Origin: Amoebophrya sp. A120 | Lineage: Eukaryota > Protista > Dinoflagellata | NCBI GenBank assembly: GCA_905178155.1 | Contig: CAJINV010000007.1 | Span: 2,647,151 to 2,711,150 of the forward strand | Direction: 5' to 3' | Length of the DNA stretch: 64,000 bases | Shown here: positions 60,921 through 64,000 of the stretch, in pieces | How the letters are laid out: each line of letters starts with the position of its first letter | Numbering within the stretch: position 1 is the first letter of the stretch | The notes under the pieces: generated by a model | What the model saw: the letters and a program-made list of their open reading frames with translations, nothing else | Databases searched by the model: none | Told to the model about the DNA's origin: nothing | Translations under genes and position numbers: made by a program

Positions 60921-61522
60921 TTTTTTGTTGTTCGGAATAGCAACTTCAAATCGTGGTGATGTTGTGGTGGTGTAGCTCTACCGCGTAAGTAAATTGTCGC
61001 GCGGATCGCTGAACTCTAGCTAGGATTATAGAAGATACAACAACAACTACAGTCCTCAAAATAAGTCGAATAGAAGAGGTGTTTCAAGTCAGTAACTATC
61101 TTCGTGACAATGTCGTAGTCGCTGTATCATTTTGGAGAACAAAATGGAAGCCCTTGCTGTGCTCATTCACAACCGAATGCAGATGCTGACCAGCGCACTT
61201 CATTTCATGTGATCGGGCGTGCTTGCTGTATGAAGATCGGCATCGGGGGGATCGGCGTCGGCGATAGTTTGGATCTTTATCTTTTTGTTTTTACTCTATC
61301 TAAGTAATGATACAATCTCTTATTTGATCGTCAGCACGCCACTCGTCGGAAACATCTTCACCGAAAATATGATCCTTCTTTCAGTGAGTTTGCAAACTTG
61401 AACGCAGCAATACCTCTGATCAGACCGCATTAGCAAGTAATTGTTGGAGACGTAAAGCAACGGGTGATACGGGTATCGCAAATAATTTCTTCAGTTCACT
61501 ATCATACCGTGCAATGTCTTCA

Positions 61523-61852
61523 TCAGTTCACCCAGTCCAGCACCACCAATTTTTCTACCAGCGGCAAAAACCGGGTCAAAAAATCCTGATGCACTGCGCA
61601 ATCTCTGTACAATGGTAAGGAGTCTTTATCCTTCAGAACAACGACTAACCCGCAAGTTGCGCCGTCTGACCTTGCGTCGGTAAAAGTCGTCCCGGTGGAG
61701 GTGGAGAGAACATACTCGGGCATGGTTTCCGGAAACTTCTTCAACTCGTTGTAAATTGGTTCTAACTGCTCCGCCGCGACGCCGGATTTCGTCCAGACTG
61801 CAAGCGTGTGGGAGACGGAGCCGGGAGGGAAGGGAGGGGAGGACATGGTCAT
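61523..61852 (-). CDS. Stress-responsive A/B barrel (Dabb) domain protein
   Basis: ~100 aa with the Dabb pattern V.H.....K....EQ......L......P.......G........G...GL......L..Y.....HQ.F.........V.DW. Confidence 0.8.
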   Translation of the reverse strand: MTMSSPPFPPGSVSHTLAVWTKSGVAAEQLEPIYNELKKFPETMPEYVLSTSTGTTFTDARSDGATCGLVVVLKDKDSLPLYRDCAVHQDFLTRFLPLVEKLVVLDWVN

Positions 61853-62785
61853 GAGAAGGTTGTGATATTTTTGATGTTTGCGTAGTATTCGGGTTTCAAC
61901 AACTCCTGGTTGTGCTTTCCACTAGCTAGTACAAGAAACCGGTGGAGAGAACCACGTAGAAACACGACAAAGACCGTCAAATCCAAAAGAGCAGAGTTTG
62001 ACCGAGAAAATTTCCGAACCGAATAACAGCGAAGACCGCAAACCAGATGACCCGAACCAGGCGAGGAGCAAAGAAAAAACAAACACAGCACACACTGTGG
62101 CGTGTTCATCATCTTCATACCGAGAGGCGTCGAGCGACCCTGACAATTAGGTTTTTCTGGGAACGGAATATTGACTCCACTGTCCGCAGTATCTTCACGA
62201 CCTGGTTTTTTTTTGTTCGCAAGCCGCAGATGGCATTGTCAAGAACGGCAAGAATTCAAACAGTCCTAGTAGAAAAATCCGGTCGTAGTCGTCTGAGATA
62301 AGTGAGTATCAGTGTTTCGTAAAAAAGCGTTGGTAGGTCGTGTCGTACAGTATACTTCCAAGTAAGCAAGAACGCAGGTAAAAAGGCATGTAGCAAGCTG
62401 CGGCAGCGTAGGAGCAAAAGGTGTATAGTAAAAGGGTATAAGGCATGCGTCGAAACTCGTCGCAGCAGTCTGTTTATTTGAACGTAGAAGTAGAAACACT
62501 CAGGCAGTTTCGGTAAAAAAGCTAGAATGAAATAGGGGGGTGGAGAACATGAAAAGCAAGGCTACTTAATGTCTTGATGGTTAACGTTCATAGTGTCGCA
62601 ATTCTTCTCGCCAACGGGCATCAAGTAAGCAGGATAAACTCAAAGTTTTCAATGGTGAATACAAACAAAGTTAGCAACTCAAAATTTTGATAAACTGGTT
62701 TCGATTGGTCGTGTCTTTTCATCAATTTCAGCAGGTACATTTTAGATAAAGGTGCGGTTGAAAGCAGGTACTTGTCGTTTCTAAC

Positions 62786-63691
62786 TTAGCTAAAGCTGGG
62801 GAGCACCGGATTATTGAACGGGTTGTTACCGTTCATTTCCTCCGGTGTCAACATATTGGGCGCCCCGGTCAACTTCTGCAGGTGCGCCAGAATGTCGGCC
62901 TCCGAGATATGTTGCATAGCCGCGGAGTTGTCTGCAACATGCTGACCCGCTGCAGCCATGTTGATGTCCGTGTTCAAGTTCAGGCTGAGATGTTGTTGAC
63001 TGGCTGCGACTACAGCAGGATCGTCTCCGCAATTGGATGAATTGCTGCTACTCGACACAGCGCAATTGCGCATATCCGGCATGGCACAGGGGTCGTACAG
63101 CTCTTCCTCGTTTTGCTTGTTGTTCGCTTTGTTCGCTTCCGCCGCGTTTTGCTCATTCGCCAGCGCCATCTGCAGCACCCGCTGCACCTCGTCGTGAATC
63201 ATGTCCGACCGCTGCTCCTCGACCGTTCCGGCAGTGGAGGATATTACAACCGGTTGTGTACCAGCTCCACCTGCACCAGTGGACGTCGCTGCTAGCAGTT
63301 GCAAGGAGCTGCTAGTTTGATGCTGTTGTAGTTGTACGTCTATTTCCATGTTGGTCGCGCTCGACTTCGGCGTGGGTAGGGAAGCGATGTTCCGCACCTT
63401 CTGCTTGTTCATGTTGCCCAGTAAGTGCATGTGCTGGTTGCCCTGGGATTTGCTGTACGCGTACGCGAAGACCTTCTTCACCAAATCCCACTCCGCAGAG
63501 AGGTTCAGGGATGGCGCTTTGCTCACGCCGATGATCGTCGGGAAGATCACAAACGCCTCAATCCAATTTTGCCGTGTGATTTCCACGACGGCCTTCGTCG
63601 TCGGGTCGGAGATGTCAAAAATGTTGGTGAGTTTCGTTCGGGAGGAGAAAGAAGTGGTGGAGGACGAAGATCTGGTCGATTTTTGCGGCAT
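62786..63691 (-). CDS. Hypothetical protein, probably the 3' exon of a gene extending beyond the window
   Basis: 301-aa ORF on the coding strand with a Q/N/S-rich C-terminus. No recognised domain. Confidence 0.55.
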   Translation of the reverse strand: MPQKSTRSSSSTTSFSSRTKLTNIFDISDPTTKAVVEITRQNWIEAFVIFPTIIGVSKAPSLNLSAEWDLVKKVFAYAYSKSQGNQHMHLLGNMNKQKVRNIASLPTPKSSATNMEIDVQLQQHQTSSSLQLLAATSTGAGGAGTQPVVISSTAGTVEEQRSDMIHDEVQRVLQMALANEQNAAEANKANNKQNEEELYDPCAMPDMRNCAVSSSSNSSNCGDDPAVVAASQQHLSLNLNTDINMAAAGQHVADNSAAMQHISEADILAHLQKLTGAPNMLTPEEMNGNNPFNNPVLPSFS

Positions 63692-64000
63692 TGAAATTCT
63701 TTGAGGTCTACTGGTACTGGCATTTGTTTCACATTAACTTTAAGACTTCAAATTCTTCATGCGTGTGTGTATGAGCACCACCACAATAAAGACCTGCTAC
63801 AACAACTTTCAACACACAACAGCATCAGAAACAGAAGCATTCTTGATTATAGCTGCACTTGTTTTTGTTTACTAACAGCAGTTCTCCACGCAATTTACTA
63901 TACCTGCTTCCCCCCGACACCGTGGAGCTCGTCATGCAGGCCGTGCACACTCCGTTGTGCATGACGTAGGAGCATTTTTGCTCCCCAACGAGTGCGTTCT

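Noticed and set aside
1-64000. tRNA, rRNA or snRNA genes
   Set aside because: None recognised by eye. A tRNAscan/Infernal run would be needed to exclude them.

Overview
Eukaryotic, intron-rich genomic DNA. It is most consistent with a syndinean dinoflagellate such as Amoebophrya; this is an inference from the single-strand gene array and the non-canonical introns bounded by inverted and direct repeats. All ~15 recognisable genes lie on the minus strand. They include a secreted cadherin-like beta-sandwich protein, a PP2C, an MBF1/XRE-like HTH protein, two MLO-like membrane proteins (one with EF-hands), a PDZ/acidic coiled-coil protein, a RING protein, an AGFG-type ArfGAP, a COG0523/CobW GTPase, a cyclophilin and a Dabb protein. 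The main non-genic signal is a set of TIR-bounded insertions that sit inside coding sequence and behave as introns. Three families of 220-270 bp elements have TA...TA termini and 5-bp target duplications. Removing them rejoins the host ORFs exactly in frame, mostly without GT-AG. There are also two larger TIR elements. One (1.09 kb) abuts a small introner to form a composite intron. The other (1.6 kb) carries a pair of ~50-59 bp nested palindromes around a GC-rich core. A 3.55-kb near-identical duplication across an N (14810-18369 / 18496-22040) is probably an assembly artefact. Exon boundaries were traced by eye and need RNA-seq confirmation.
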